DNA from: Vampirovibrionales bacterium
GTDB taxonomy: Bacteria > Cyanobacteriota > Vampirovibrionia > Vampirovibrionales > JAJTHC01
NCBI GenBank assembly: GCA_044358835.1
Contig: JBIKNF010000010.1
Coordinates: 1,753-65,752, forward strand
Direction: 5' to 3'
Length of the DNA stretch: 64,000 bases
A program made the position numbers and the translations under genes. Each line of letters starts with the position of its first letter. The first letter of the stretch is position 1. The notes beneath the pieces were generated by a model, which was not told the origin of the DNA, ran no database searches, and saw only the letters and a list, made by a program, of their open reading frames with translations. Shown in pieces: positions 1 through 9,610 of the stretch.

Positions 1-1371
1 TCACGAAAGGCATCGACTTGAATGAACCACTGTTCAGTGGCCCTAAAAATGACAGGGGCGTGGCTCCGCCAGCTATGGGGGAAACTATGCTTAAAGGTGC
101 CGTTCCACACCAAGGCATTGGCGGATTTCAGTGTTTCCAGCAAAACCCAGTTGGCCTTTTCGTAAAACATGCCGACGACTTCCGTAGGCACGCCGTCTTC
201 ATCTTTAAACTTGCCTTGCCCGTCGACAGGGGAAATAATCGGTAACGGATGCTCTTTGAGCTCGTTGCGGTTATAGGCTTTCACCGCAAAAAAGTCATCA
301 GGCCCGTGACCCCCTGCGATATGCACCAAGCCTGTGCCTGTTTCAGTGGTGACAAAATCGGCTGAAATCACCACCGAATCTCGCTCAATAAAGGGATGCT
401 TGGCCACAAGGCCTCTCAAAACAGCGCCTTTAAACGTCACCAAAGGGGTGAAGCCCTGTGCGTCTTCCACTCCGAACTTGGGGGCAAGCGCGCTCAGTAA
501 GTCCACCGCCACCACCACTTTGCCGTGTTTGGGGGTTTTTACCACGGCGTATTCCACCTGTTCATGAACGGCAATGGCGACGTTGGCTGGTAGCGTCCAA
601 GGGGTGGTCGTCCAAATCACAAGCGATGCTCCACTTAAGTGGGTGGCGAGTTCCGCAGGGACGGACGCATCGTAGCGTTTTTCAAGGCTGGGCAAGCCAA
701 AGGCGACATAAATGCTATGACTTTCATGATCTTCGTACTCAATTTCAGCTTCCGCCATCGCCGATTCACTAATCGGGCACCAATGCACAGGCTTTAAGCC
801 TTTGTACACATAGCCTTTTTCAACCATTTCGGCAAACAATTCAATTTGCGTGGCTTCAAAATGCCCGTCAATGGTGACATACGGGGCGTTCCAATTGCCC
901 ATAACGCCCAAGCGTTTGAAGTTTTCTTCTTGCCCTTTGAGGTTGCCGTAGGCAAAGGTACGGCATTTTTCACGCAATTCTAAGGCGGTAATGGATTTAC
1001 GTCCGCCTTTGATTTTCTTTTCGACAGCCGCTTCAATGGGCAAGCCATGACCGTCATACCCCGGCACATAAGGAGCGTAAAAGCCTTGAAGCGTTTTATA
1101 ACGCACCACAATATCTTTAAGGATTTTATTTAAGGCTGTACCGATATGGATTTTGTCGCTAGACAAATACGGCGGGCCATCATGCAAAACGAATCGCTTT
1201 TGCTTGGATTTCGTGGCGAGATTGGTTTCATAAATATGGTGATCTTCCCAAAAGGCTTGGATTTCGGGTTCGCGAGTCGCTGCACCTGCTCGCATAGGAA
1301 AGCTGGTTTGAGGCAGGCGAAGGCTGTCTTTATAGTTGATTTCTTCAGTTTGAGGATTTTGACTTGTCACA
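1..1371 (-). CDS. ileS: Isoleucyl-tRNA synthetase, N-terminal part (partial; gene continues past the window start). It is missing from the ORF track, which appears to keep only ORFs beginning with Met, because the likely start is GTG at 1371-1369.
   Basis: Hand translation of the reverse strand gives VTSQNPQTEEINYKDSLRLPQTSFPMRAGAATREPEIQAFWE...HDGPPYLSSDKIHIGTALNKILKD (HIGH-type motif)...PGYDGHGLPIE...WCPISESAMAEAEIEYED...WTTTPWTLPAN, a typical class I IleRS N-terminus. The plus-strand ORFs 18-245, 334-567, 458-772 and 1146-1430 are antisense artefacts. Confidence 0.8.
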
Positions 1372-1732
1372 ATAGAAGGTCCTTACCTAGTTTGAATGCT
1401 TGTGTATCCCTTCAATATCTCATAAAATGAACGTCAAGACAAGTGATAGAACGCTTCGAGAGTGCTGATTTATAACTAAATAGGTACTACTATGAGTTAT
1501 TCATTAAGGAAGGAGTCACTCATTCCATTTCACATGAACTGCCCACAGTGACAAGGAAACTGTATTACGCGTCACAGTTTGGCGCGCAAAACAAGGAAAA
1601 CGATTGCGTTTAGTTAAAAATTAGGCATTGGTGATTTAGCAGAGTTGTGTTTCGGGTGAAACTCTGCTAGAATTGCTGGTGTAATCAAGTGTTCTTTTTT
1701 AAGTTAAACGCCTCAAAATAAAAAGTGTCTGT

Positions 1733-2470
1733 ATGAACCTTCATAAAAATCTTCTTCTGTTTATGCTTAGTGTCGCCTTGCTGAATGCTGTTAGCATGCC
1801 TGTGCTATTTTCCGCCACTCAGAACAAGACGACTTCAAAAGCGCTTGTGCCTGTAACGGTAGCAACTCCTGTGGTGACTTTAACCCCTCAAGAAGACATG
1901 CACCGCTTGTTACATCGCTTAATTGATGAAAACAATCTAAACATTCCTGATTCTGTGGTGGAAGATTCTGATATTAAAGAAACCAGCGTCATCAACGCCT
2001 ATACAGATGGCTCTAAAATCATCATCACTTCCGCTTTGTGGAACAAGCTTAAAAATGACGATGCTCGTGCCTTTGTATTGGGGCACGAGCTCGGTCATAT
2101 CACCCACAATCACTTGGCCAAAGGTTTAGCGAAACGGGTGGGCTTAAATGTAGTTGGAGCGGTTCTCTCTGCCGTCATCCAAAATCCATTAGGAAACTAC
2201 GGTGCGCAATTAGGCACACAATTGCTGGGTTTAAAGTTTGATCGTAAACAAGAATACCAGGCGGATGATTCAGGAATACAATTTCTTATTAACGCCAAGT
2301 ATAATAAGAATGCCGCCATTGAAGTCTTCAAAGTGCTTCGGGCTTCAGGTTCGGGTCAAGAAGTGGAGTTTTTAGTCACGCATCCCTTACCCAATTCACG
2401 GATCAAGAAGCTGACTGAGCAATATGGGCTTGATCCGATGGGAAGCACCGAAGCTTCTACTAAAAAGTAG
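1733..2470 (+). CDS. Secreted M48-family zinc metallopeptidase (HExxH)
   Basis: N-terminal signal peptide, then the HExxH motif in AFVLGHELGHITHNH. The size and motif context resemble BepA/HtpX-like periplasmic M48 peptidases. Confidence 0.6.
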   Translation: MNLHKNLLLFMLSVALLNAVSMPVLFSATQNKTTSKALVPVTVATPVVTLTPQEDMHRLLHRLIDENNLNIPDSVVEDSDIKETSVINAYTDGSKIIITSALWNKLKNDDARAFVLGHELGHITHNHLAKGLAKRVGLNVVGAVLSAVIQNPLGNYGAQLGTQLLGLKFDRKQEYQADDSGIQFLINAKYNKNAAIEVFKVLRASGSGQEVEFLVTHPLPNSRIKKLTEQYGLDPMGSTEASTKK

Positions 2471-2487
2471 TCAATCTTGTCTTAAAC

Positions 2488-2814
2488 TTAGCTTAAGTAC
2501 TTAAATTGTTCTACACCTTTGTCAAGAAGTGATTTGAGCGAGTCTCTTTCTTTTTCAAGGGCTTTGTATTGTTGTTCAATACGTTGCTTTTGCAAACTTA
2601 AAGATTTTTCAATCATTTGAATGCCATTTAAACGAGTCATGATGGACTGATAAGTCGGTGATTCTGGCTCTAAGTCTGCCGACAAGGTAAATAAGGCCCC
2701 CGTCGTGTTGCTCATTTGCATGAGCGATTGTGTAATAAGTTGGATCTGCCATTCCAAATCAGAAGTTCTGGCGATGGCGGCCATGTAACGTGCTTGTACT
2801 GTTGCGACTAACAT
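2488..2814 (-). CDS. Small alpha-helical (coiled-coil) protein, member 1 of a three-gene paralogous family in this window
   Basis: 108 aa. It aligns along its whole length with the products of 22964-23299 and 23612-23944 (shared AR-YM N-terminus, a central D/EP-xSP motif, and a Q/E-rich C-terminal helix). Confidence 0.5.
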   Translation of the reverse strand: MLVATVQARYMAAIARTSDLEWQIQLITQSLMQMSNTTGALFTLSADLEPESPTYQSIMTRLNGIQMIEKSLSLQKQRIEQQYKALEKERDSLKSLLDKGVEQFKYLS

Positions 2815-3118
2815 TTTCTCTATTGTCCCTTATGTATTTATGCCAAAAAATTGTATGAAGTCTTTAAAGGTGAGGGGTAAATTCGATTTTTTACCGTTCT
2901 TACCGTTCTGTATTGGGTTAGATTGCTTTGAAGTGGTGCAATCTCTTTACTGTCTCGCTTTAATAAACAATGCCCAATCCTTAAAATTGCCTAAATTTTT
3001 TTGTTTTGTTACAAGTTGTTACAGTGTAAAAAATGCCTGCACCGCTTTAGTCAGGGCAAGGCAATACCAATCAAACGACTAAATAGCATATTTAAACGTC
3101 TTTAAACCAAAAGCCTGT

Positions 3119-4252
3119 TCATAAATCCGTGGGGAATTGAAAAAATACTTTAATCGCTTCCGCATTGCTATAAATGCGTAAGCCTTCATTAAACTGTTCA
3201 ATGGGCATGGGGTGAGTGATGAGGGGATTGACCACCACTTCCCGCAAAAATAAGGCTTGACTCGCATGGTGTAAATCTTCTAAGGCGGGGGAATAACTGG
3301 TGATTAAGTTGATTTCTCTGTAGTACAAGTCTTTGGGATCTAAAATATCACCTTCTGGATTTCCCGCCAAAAGCGTTAGACTTCCCCCAGCACGCACAAG
3401 AGACAAGGCTAAAGCCAGCGTATGACGGTTGACCACACTTAAAAATACGGCATCCACCGCTTGGGTGGGGAGCGTTTTAAGCCAGTTTTGCCATTCATTT
3501 TCTTGTTCAGTGGGATGCACCGCCACATCCACCCAGTCCATCGTCCGCGCCAAGCCCAAGCGTTGAGGGTTTAGATCTAAGCCAAGCACCTTCTGCCCCT
3601 GCTGGTGGAGTGCTTGTGCGCTTAATAAGCCTATAAACCCTAAGCCAATAACAGCCACACTCCCCTGATGCGACGCCAAAGGCGTGCGACGAATGGCGCG
3701 TAACACGCAGGCCAATGGCTCCATGCACGCTGCTTCACGATCCGAAATGTGAGACGGGATTTTAAAAGTCGTCTGTGCCAAATGCTTTGCAGAAGCCGAA
3801 AAATAGGGGGCAAAGCCCCCTGGCAAAAGATTGCTGGCTTTAAACTCGGCACACATACTAGGCGAAGCATTCACGCAATAATGACAAACCCCACACGGCA
3901 CATGGTGAGCAAGGACTACACGATCCCCCACGACAAAATCGCCTTTGTACTGGGCATCTAGCTGGTGAATACGTGCCACCACTTCATGCCCAAGGACGCT
4001 TGAGACAGGCACTTTATGCTGTTGTATTTTTTCGGCATCCGTACCGCAAAGGCCACAGCCCAGTGTTTTGAGAATCGCACCACCTTGAAGCATCGGGGGC
4101 ATCGGGATCCATTGCGCTTCGGTGGCTTCAGGCGTGTAAGTCACCACGGGTGCACGTTGACGTGTGGGGGAGTCGTATTCAGGCATGGGGTTTCCCTTAT
4201 GGCTTATGAAAGCGATTTTAGCATAAAGTGGTTCAACTTGTGAAGGCGTCAT
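3119..4252 (-). CDS. Zinc-dependent alcohol/polyol dehydrogenase, MDR superfamily (threonine or sorbitol dehydrogenase-like)
   Basis: GHEVVARI (catalytic zinc), a Cys cluster CGVCHYCVNASPSMC (structural zinc), and a Rossmann motif VAVIGLGFIGLLSA. The annotated N-terminus carries about 50 extra residues, so the true start may be an internal Met (MPPMLQGG...). Confidence 0.7.
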   Translation of the reverse strand: MTPSQVEPLYAKIAFISHKGNPMPEYDSPTRQRAPVVTYTPEATEAQWIPMPPMLQGGAILKTLGCGLCGTDAEKIQQHKVPVSSVLGHEVVARIHQLDAQYKGDFVVGDRVVLAHHVPCGVCHYCVNASPSMCAEFKASNLLPGGFAPYFSASAKHLAQTTFKIPSHISDREAACMEPLACVLRAIRRTPLASHQGSVAVIGLGFIGLLSAQALHQQGQKVLGLDLNPQRLGLARTMDWVDVAVHPTEQENEWQNWLKTLPTQAVDAVFLSVVNRHTLALALSLVRAGGSLTLLAGNPEGDILDPKDLYYREINLITSYSPALEDLHHASQALFLREVVVNPLITHPMPIEQFNEGLRIYSNAEAIKVFFQFPTDL

Positions 4253-4322
4253 GTTTCTGGTAATTTTTAAAATAACGAAAAATCCACGCCCAGTGTGAAC
4301 AACAGAAAGAGTCCAGCGCCTA

Positions 4323-5309
4323 ATGAAAAAACGCCTTTGTTTATTTGCAGGGTTTGATAAAACAGCCCAAATCCAAGAATACGTTCGTTTTTACGTGCAA
4401 AGTTTGTCTGAATTTTGCGATGTGTATTATTATGCAGATTGTCCTATAGCGGAAGAAGAACTAGGCAAGTTGTCACCCTATGTGAAACAGGCCTTTGCTT
4501 CACGACATGCCAAGTACGATTTTGGTTCATGGCAAGCTTTAATCCAACACCTCGGGTGGGATGTGATTCAACAATACGATGAGCTTATTTTAGCCAATGA
4601 CAGTTGCTACGGCCCCTTGTATGAGTGGGCGCCTGTTTTTGAAAAAATGGATGAAACTCCTTGCGATTTTTGGGGGTTGACCTCTGGCAAAGAGATCAAC
4701 TGGCATTTACAAAGTTATTTTTTAGTGTTTAAGCAGCAAGTATTGCAAAACAACGCCTTTCAACATTTTTGGCAGTCCATACAAAAGCAACCCAACGTTT
4801 CTAAGGTTATTAAGGCCTATGAATTAACTTTGGCGCCCTTATTGCTGAAAGAAAATTTTAAAGCGGGGGCTTATATTGCCCATGAACAAAAAACGACTAA
4901 AATTAAAAACATGACAAGGCTACCTTTTTCTTTGATAAAAGAATTTCAAATGCCTCTTCTGAAAGTAAAAACCTTTACGGAACCTGAACATCATTTAGCC
5001 GAAATGTGCGACGATTGGCAGGCTTTTTTAGCGCGATATACGGACTACCCTGCTCAATTAATTCATCAACATCTCCAAAATTTGAACATAGATTGTGAAA
5101 AAATCAATCAAGAAGCCTTGCTGAGTTGTTGTAAAAAACATCTTTTTGTTCAGTGGGGCTGGTTGTTACTCGTCAAAATAACTAAGCAGGAAAAACTATT
5201 GGTAAAAGTGTGTAAAATTCCGGTTTTAAGTGTACGCCTTTCTAAAGCCTTTATTCTTAAATGTTGTTCTTTGTTGGGCATCACTCAAGAACGTTTAAAT
5301 GTCGTATAA
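4323..5309 (+). CDS. Hypothetical protein, possibly a rhamnan-synthesis-F (RgpF)-like glycosyltransferase-associated protein
   Basis: Uninterrupted 328-aa ORF. The WGLTSGKEINWHLQSYFLVFK region is reminiscent of the RgpF family. The functional call is weak. Confidence 0.4.
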   Translation: MKKRLCLFAGFDKTAQIQEYVRFYVQSLSEFCDVYYYADCPIAEEELGKLSPYVKQAFASRHAKYDFGSWQALIQHLGWDVIQQYDELILANDSCYGPLYEWAPVFEKMDETPCDFWGLTSGKEINWHLQSYFLVFKQQVLQNNAFQHFWQSIQKQPNVSKVIKAYELTLAPLLLKENFKAGAYIAHEQKTTKIKNMTRLPFSLIKEFQMPLLKVKTFTEPEHHLAEMCDDWQAFLARYTDYPAQLIHQHLQNLNIDCEKINQEALLSCCKKHLFVQWGWLLLVKITKQEKLLVKVCKIPVLSVRLSKAFILKCCSLLGITQERLNVV

Positions 5310-5518
5310 AATACACACCTAACCTAGAACGTGCCTACTTTTAGGGGGCCTCCTTTCACAAATAATTTTCTAAACTCCTCAAATCCCTCACAAAGGCAGA
5401 TGCCCTTTAGCAAGCCATTGTTCCGCTGCATTATGCGAAGGTGGCCTGCGAAATGGATGAAATTATGAAACCGTAGGGCGTCTTCGAAGACCGTTTCATC
5501 TATTGAACACTATACCTG

Positions 5519-6376
5519 TTGTTAGATCCACTTGAAGTACGTTCCGCCTTTATTGAGTGTTTTAAAGCCCATGACATTAGGAGCATGTTTCACTATATTG
5601 CGTTGCCTAATTTGCCAGCAGGCCTAAAATGTGACTTGCCCTTAGATGCTTTAAATGCTATTATTTACCATGGTTTTAGAAGCGGTGTTTTAGTGCCTAA
5701 CCCCAGTTCAATGAAAGCGTTTTGTGTGATTAGTTTCATTTCTTTTACAAACACTGGGAGCTCTCAAAGGGCTTTGAATGCTTCTAAACCTGCCCCCCCC
5801 CCCCCGCCAACTGCATCGATCATTTGGGGTAAGCCAACCGTTACAGCTTTTTTATATAAGGTGGAAATGAATAAGGCCTGCCATCAAACCAGCCTATTTT
5901 ATAGTATTCTAAAACAAATTGATGATCAAAAAACAGCACTTTACATTGACGGTTTTGAAAGTCAAACGTCTGTTCCCTATTCAAGACTATTCGGACCAGT
6001 TCTTAAATCATTAAATGTCTCCGCAGACGACTTCCAAGCTTTTGCACAGTATTATATCTCTCTAAAAGAAGAATCACTTAAAGATGGTGCGCTTCGGCAA
6101 GAACTCGTTAGGCAATATCTTAAAATCTCTGGGCGCCTACAACGCCGAATCGGTGATGAACGATATAGCACTTTAAAAAATCATGCGGGTATTTTAAAAC
6201 GTGTTGTTTTAAATTTAATGAATGTCCAAATGCGGACGAGAGTGATTGCTTTTACCCCTCAACTTTTAGATCTTCTGTTAGAAGGCGTAGATCTCACCCT
6301 TTTAAAAAAACAAGTCCAGTTAATAGATGCAATGAAACAAAGAGTTGCCTCTATCGTAGATGCTATGCGGGCTTAA
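5519..6376 (+). CDS. Hypothetical protein containing a poly-proline stretch encoded by a C13 homopolymer
   Basis: 285-aa ORF. Nucleotides 5793-5805 are thirteen consecutive C residues inside the frame (APPPPPTAS). The start and the reality of the N-terminal part are uncertain. Confidence 0.4.
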   Translation: MLDPLEVRSAFIECFKAHDIRSMFHYIALPNLPAGLKCDLPLDALNAIIYHGFRSGVLVPNPSSMKAFCVISFISFTNTGSSQRALNASKPAPPPPPTASIIWGKPTVTAFLYKVEMNKACHQTSLFYSILKQIDDQKTALYIDGFESQTSVPYSRLFGPVLKSLNVSADDFQAFAQYYISLKEESLKDGALRQELVRQYLKISGRLQRRIGDERYSTLKNHAGILKRVVLNLMNVQMRTRVIAFTPQLLDLLLEGVDLTLLKKQVQLIDAMKQRVASIVDAMRA

Positions 6377-7505
6377 ACCCCGTTTCAATATACTTTAAAA
6401 TGGCGTGATTGGCTTTGGGAAACGGCAGGGCCTTCATCTCTTCTAAAGTCGCCCACTGAAAGGCTTGAGCCGCCTTGAGTTCTAGTTGCGCCATGGGGCT
6501 TTTTAGTGTGCAGTGGTACACATGAAGCGTCACTTTTAAATGCGTGTAGGCATGATCAATGCTCAAGGCATGGCGCCCGACCGCCACATCGACATTCAAT
6601 TCTTCCCTCAGTTCTCGACGCACGGTGTCTTCCAACGATTCTTGCCCTTCTCGTTTTCCTCCGGGGAACTCCCACAAACTAGCCAGCAAGCCTGTTTTAG
6701 GGCGTTTTTGAATAAAATATAAGCCGTCGACATTTTGAATTAACGCCACGCCAATGTGTTTATGGGGAACGGTTTTGGCGGGGGTTTTAATGGGTAAGGT
6801 TTCGACTCGCCCCGCTTTAAAGGCTTGGCATAGTTCGTGCACTGGGCATAGCAAGCATTTGGTGAGTTTTGGGGTACATACGGTGGCTCCCAATTCCATA
6901 ATGGCTTGATTGAAAACATAGGGATTTTCGCTTGTTTCAAGCAATTCGCTAATCCAAGCCCAGTGTTTTTTTTCGGTGGCGGGGAGGTTGATGGGGGCGT
7001 CGTCGTTTAAAAGGCGCGCTAAAATACGCTTGACGTTGCCGTCTAACAATGCCACGCGCTGGCCGTAAGCAAAACTTAGAATGGCGCCTGCGGTGTAGCG
7101 CCCCACGCCTTCTAGGCTTAAAATCCCTTCTTGCGTATCAGGCACCACCCCACCAAAGTCCCGCACGACTCTTTGAGCCGCTTGGTGGAGATGTTTGGCA
7201 CGAGAATAATAGCCCAAGCCTTCCCATGCTTTTAGCACCTCTTCTAAAGAAGCCTTTGCCAAGTCTTCAACCGTGGCAAAACGTTTTAGGAAGCGTTCGT
7301 AATAAGGCATCACGGTGGCTACTTGGGTTTGTTGTAGCATGATTTCAGAAACCCAAATAGCGTAAGGATCTTGCGTTCTTCGCCACGGTAAATCTCGGGC
7401 GTGTTGCACATACCAAGCTTCTAACGCTGGAGCAAAACGGGTTTTGAGTCCTGCTAAAACAGAGGGTGCTTCCGCATATTCACTGGTGGAAGGGGACACA
7501 GGCAT
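6363..7505 (-). CDS. mutY: A/G-specific adenine DNA glycosylase MutY with C-terminal NUDIX-like domain
   Basis: HhH-GPD region IWVSEIMLQQTQV...LGYYSRAKHLHQAA, the 4Fe-4S cysteine cluster CTPKLTKCLLCPVHELC, and a C-terminal MutT-like domain. Its start shares one base with the ndh stop codon. Confidence 0.85.
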   Translation of the reverse strand: MPVSPSTSEYAEAPSVLAGLKTRFAPALEAWYVQHARDLPWRRTQDPYAIWVSEIMLQQTQVATVMPYYERFLKRFATVEDLAKASLEEVLKAWEGLGYYSRAKHLHQAAQRVVRDFGGVVPDTQEGILSLEGVGRYTAGAILSFAYGQRVALLDGNVKRILARLLNDDAPINLPATEKKHWAWISELLETSENPYVFNQAIMELGATVCTPKLTKCLLCPVHELCQAFKAGRVETLPIKTPAKTVPHKHIGVALIQNVDGLYFIQKRPKTGLLASLWEFPGGKREGQESLEDTVRRELREELNVDVAVGRHALSIDHAYTHLKVTLHVYHCTLKSPMAQLELKAAQAFQWATLEEMKALPFPKANHAILKYIETGFKPA

Positions 7506-8845
7506 TAGTCTTGCGTGGTCTTAAAGAACGGCAGCAAATCTTTGGCGATGATGCGGGTGGAACGTTTGCCTGTGACGTAATTCACCCACCAGTTAAAGGT
7601 GACCACGACTCGGTTGTCATGTTCTACTAAGAACATGACATGCACCACTAACCATAAGAACCACGCCATAAAACCGTCAAATTCTAAGCCTTTTACGCTG
7701 GCAACAGCCTTGTTATTGCCAATAATTGCCATGCTTCCCTTGTCTTGGTAAGTAAATTCGGGGACTTCATAGCCATACACTTTGGCTTTAAGCACTTTGG
7801 CCACATGTAACCCACCTTGTGTCGCTGCAGGCGCCACCCCTGGAATAGGATCCCCTGTTTGGGTACCATGCACTTGGTGAGCCAAATCACCCACGACGTA
7901 GATATTGGGGTATTTTTCAGTGGAAAATTCAGGGGTTACGATGACTCGTCCCATGCGGTCACTTTCAGCACCCGTTTTTTCGGCAATTAACTTACCTAAG
8001 GGAGAAGCCCCCACGCCTGCCCCCCATAAAACGGTGTAGGTATCTACATGACGCAATTGTCCGTCACGATCTTTAAGAACCGCGTGTGAATCGGAAAGTT
8101 CTGTCACCATCGTTTTCGTGAGTACTTCAATATTGAGGGATTCTAACGCGTCTTGTGCGGATGCAGACAACACGTCTGAAAAAACCGGTAAGACGCGATC
8201 TAGACCTTCAACCAACATGATTTTAAAGTCGTTTAAGTTGGCGCGTCTGAACTGTCCTTTTAAGGTACGTTGCACCAGCTCGGCTACTGAACCTGCCAGT
8301 TCCACCCCTGTGGGTCCTCCACCTACAACAACAAACGTTAAGTACGCACGACGCAAGGCCTCATCTTCCGTGCGTTCAGCCATTTCAAAGGCTTTTAAGA
8401 TTTTTTCACGAATGCCCAGCGCATCTTCAACACTTTTAAGGCCAGGGGCAAAAGCGGCCCATTCATTTCGGCCAAAATAATGATGCAAACTTCCTGTGGC
8501 GATGACCAAGCTGTCATAGGTCAAATGCCCATCCGTCAATTGGAGTTGTTGAGTCTCTACATCAACGTCTTGAACGTCTGCCATGAATACTGCGGTATTT
8601 TGTTGTTTACGCAAAACGTAACGCAAGGGCGAAGCAACATCAGAAGGAGACAGCATGCCTGTGGCGACTTGGTACAACAACGGTTGAAAGAGGTGGTGAT
8701 TGCGTCTGTCTACCAACGTAACTTTTATTTTAGGGTCATTCGCTAGGGCTTTTACGCAATTTAGGCCTGCAAATCCGCCACCTATGACAACGACGTGATG
8801 ACGAGAATCCTTGTGTTGAGGGTCGTGTGAATGAGTTGTCGTCAT
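7505..8845 (-). CDS. ndh: Type II NADH:quinone oxidoreductase (NDH-2)
   Basis: N-terminal FAD fold VVVIGGGFAGLNCVKAL, a second dinucleotide fold FVVVGGGPTGVELAG, and a C-terminal membrane-anchoring helix. Confidence 0.85.
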   Translation of the reverse strand: MTTTHSHDPQHKDSRHHVVVIGGGFAGLNCVKALANDPKIKVTLVDRRNHHLFQPLLYQVATGMLSPSDVASPLRYVLRKQQNTAVFMADVQDVDVETQQLQLTDGHLTYDSLVIATGSLHHYFGRNEWAAFAPGLKSVEDALGIREKILKAFEMAERTEDEALRRAYLTFVVVGGGPTGVELAGSVAELVQRTLKGQFRRANLNDFKIMLVEGLDRVLPVFSDVLSASAQDALESLNIEVLTKTMVTELSDSHAVLKDRDGQLRHVDTYTVLWGAGVGASPLGKLIAEKTGAESDRMGRVIVTPEFSTEKYPNIYVVGDLAHQVHGTQTGDPIPGVAPAATQGGLHVAKVLKAKVYGYEVPEFTYQDKGSMAIIGNNKAVASVKGLEFDGFMAWFLWLVVHVMFLVEHDNRVVVTFNWWVNYVTGKRSTRIIAKDLLPFFKTTQD

Positions 8846-8901
8846 GAGAATAAGATGCTCCTTACCACTTTACCAGTTATTTTATAGGGATATTGTTTTA
8901 T

Positions 8902-8911
8902 GGGGGGGGGG
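8902..8911. repeat. G10 homopolymeric tract in the divergent intergenic region between ndh (-) and the gtrA-like gene (+)
   Basis: tggggggggggt read directly, about 55 bp upstream of the ndh start codon. Confidence 0.9.
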
Positions 8912-9081
8912 TATTTGCGAAGGCAAACGTTTGTTAAGGGTATATTTTAATAAGGCGTTAGAACTAAAGTTTAGCATGAACAAAAAAGGAAAGAGAAGCT
9001 TCTTCTTATTTTTTGTTCGTGTTAGCATGCTTCCATAAATAAAACGTCTTTTTTCAAGTCAATGGAAAGGGTTTTCTGTAG

Positions 9082-9567
9082 ATGCATCGTCATATCCCCA
9101 AAAGAAAACTCTTTACCCGTTTTATTTGCATCGGTTTAATGGCCACCCTTATTGACGGGATTGTTTACCACCAGTTGGCTATGTATTGGCAAGCACAAGC
9201 ATGGCATGCCAACGTGGCTCATGCCCTTTCTTTTGAAGATTGGCATATTGTAGCATCTAAGGCCGTTGCCTTTGAAGTGAGTGTATTGTTGAATTTTGTG
9301 GTTTCGGCGATGTGGAACTTTAAAGTCAAGTGGAAAGACTTACCGTCACGACTGATAAACTTCCTAAAATTGTATGCCTTTTCTGGGGTAGTGAATGTGT
9401 CTTCCAACTTTGCCTTGTTTCGCTTATTGCTTGTCACGCATTGGGTGCCTTCTTCCAAAATAAGTGTGGTGGCATGGTTGTTGGCAACCAGTTTAACGGT
9501 GGCTTTAAATTACACAGGGCAAACCTTTTGGGTATTTAAAGCCAAGTCTGTCCCCCCTGTTATTTAG
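9082..9567 (+). CDS. GtrA-family small membrane protein (polyprenol-linked sugar translocation)
   Basis: 161 aa with four predicted TM helices and GtrA-like C-terminal segments (YAFSGVVNVSSNFALFRLLL). It precedes two glycosyltransferases. Confidence 0.6.
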   Translation: MHRHIPKRKLFTRFICIGLMATLIDGIVYHQLAMYWQAQAWHANVAHALSFEDWHIVASKAVAFEVSVLLNFVVSAMWNFKVKWKDLPSRLINFLKLYAFSGVVNVSSNFALFRLLLVTHWVPSSKISVVAWLLATSLTVALNYTGQTFWVFKAKSVPPVI

Positions 9568-9610
9568 GCGGATTTAGTATTGCCCCTGTTTGTCATAGGA
9601 ATGAGTATCA

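Noticed and set aside
18-1430. Plus-strand ORFs 18-245, 334-567, 458-772 and 1146-1430
   Set aside because: All lie antisense to a continuous minus-strand reading frame that translates into a textbook IleRS N-terminus. They have no start context and low-complexity translations.
3119-4252. A 50-residue N-terminal extension on the Zn-dependent dehydrogenase as a possible targeting peptide
   Set aside because: Internal Met codons (MPEYDSP, MPPMLQGG) give a protein of normal MDR length. The extension is most likely start-codon over-extension by the ORF caller.
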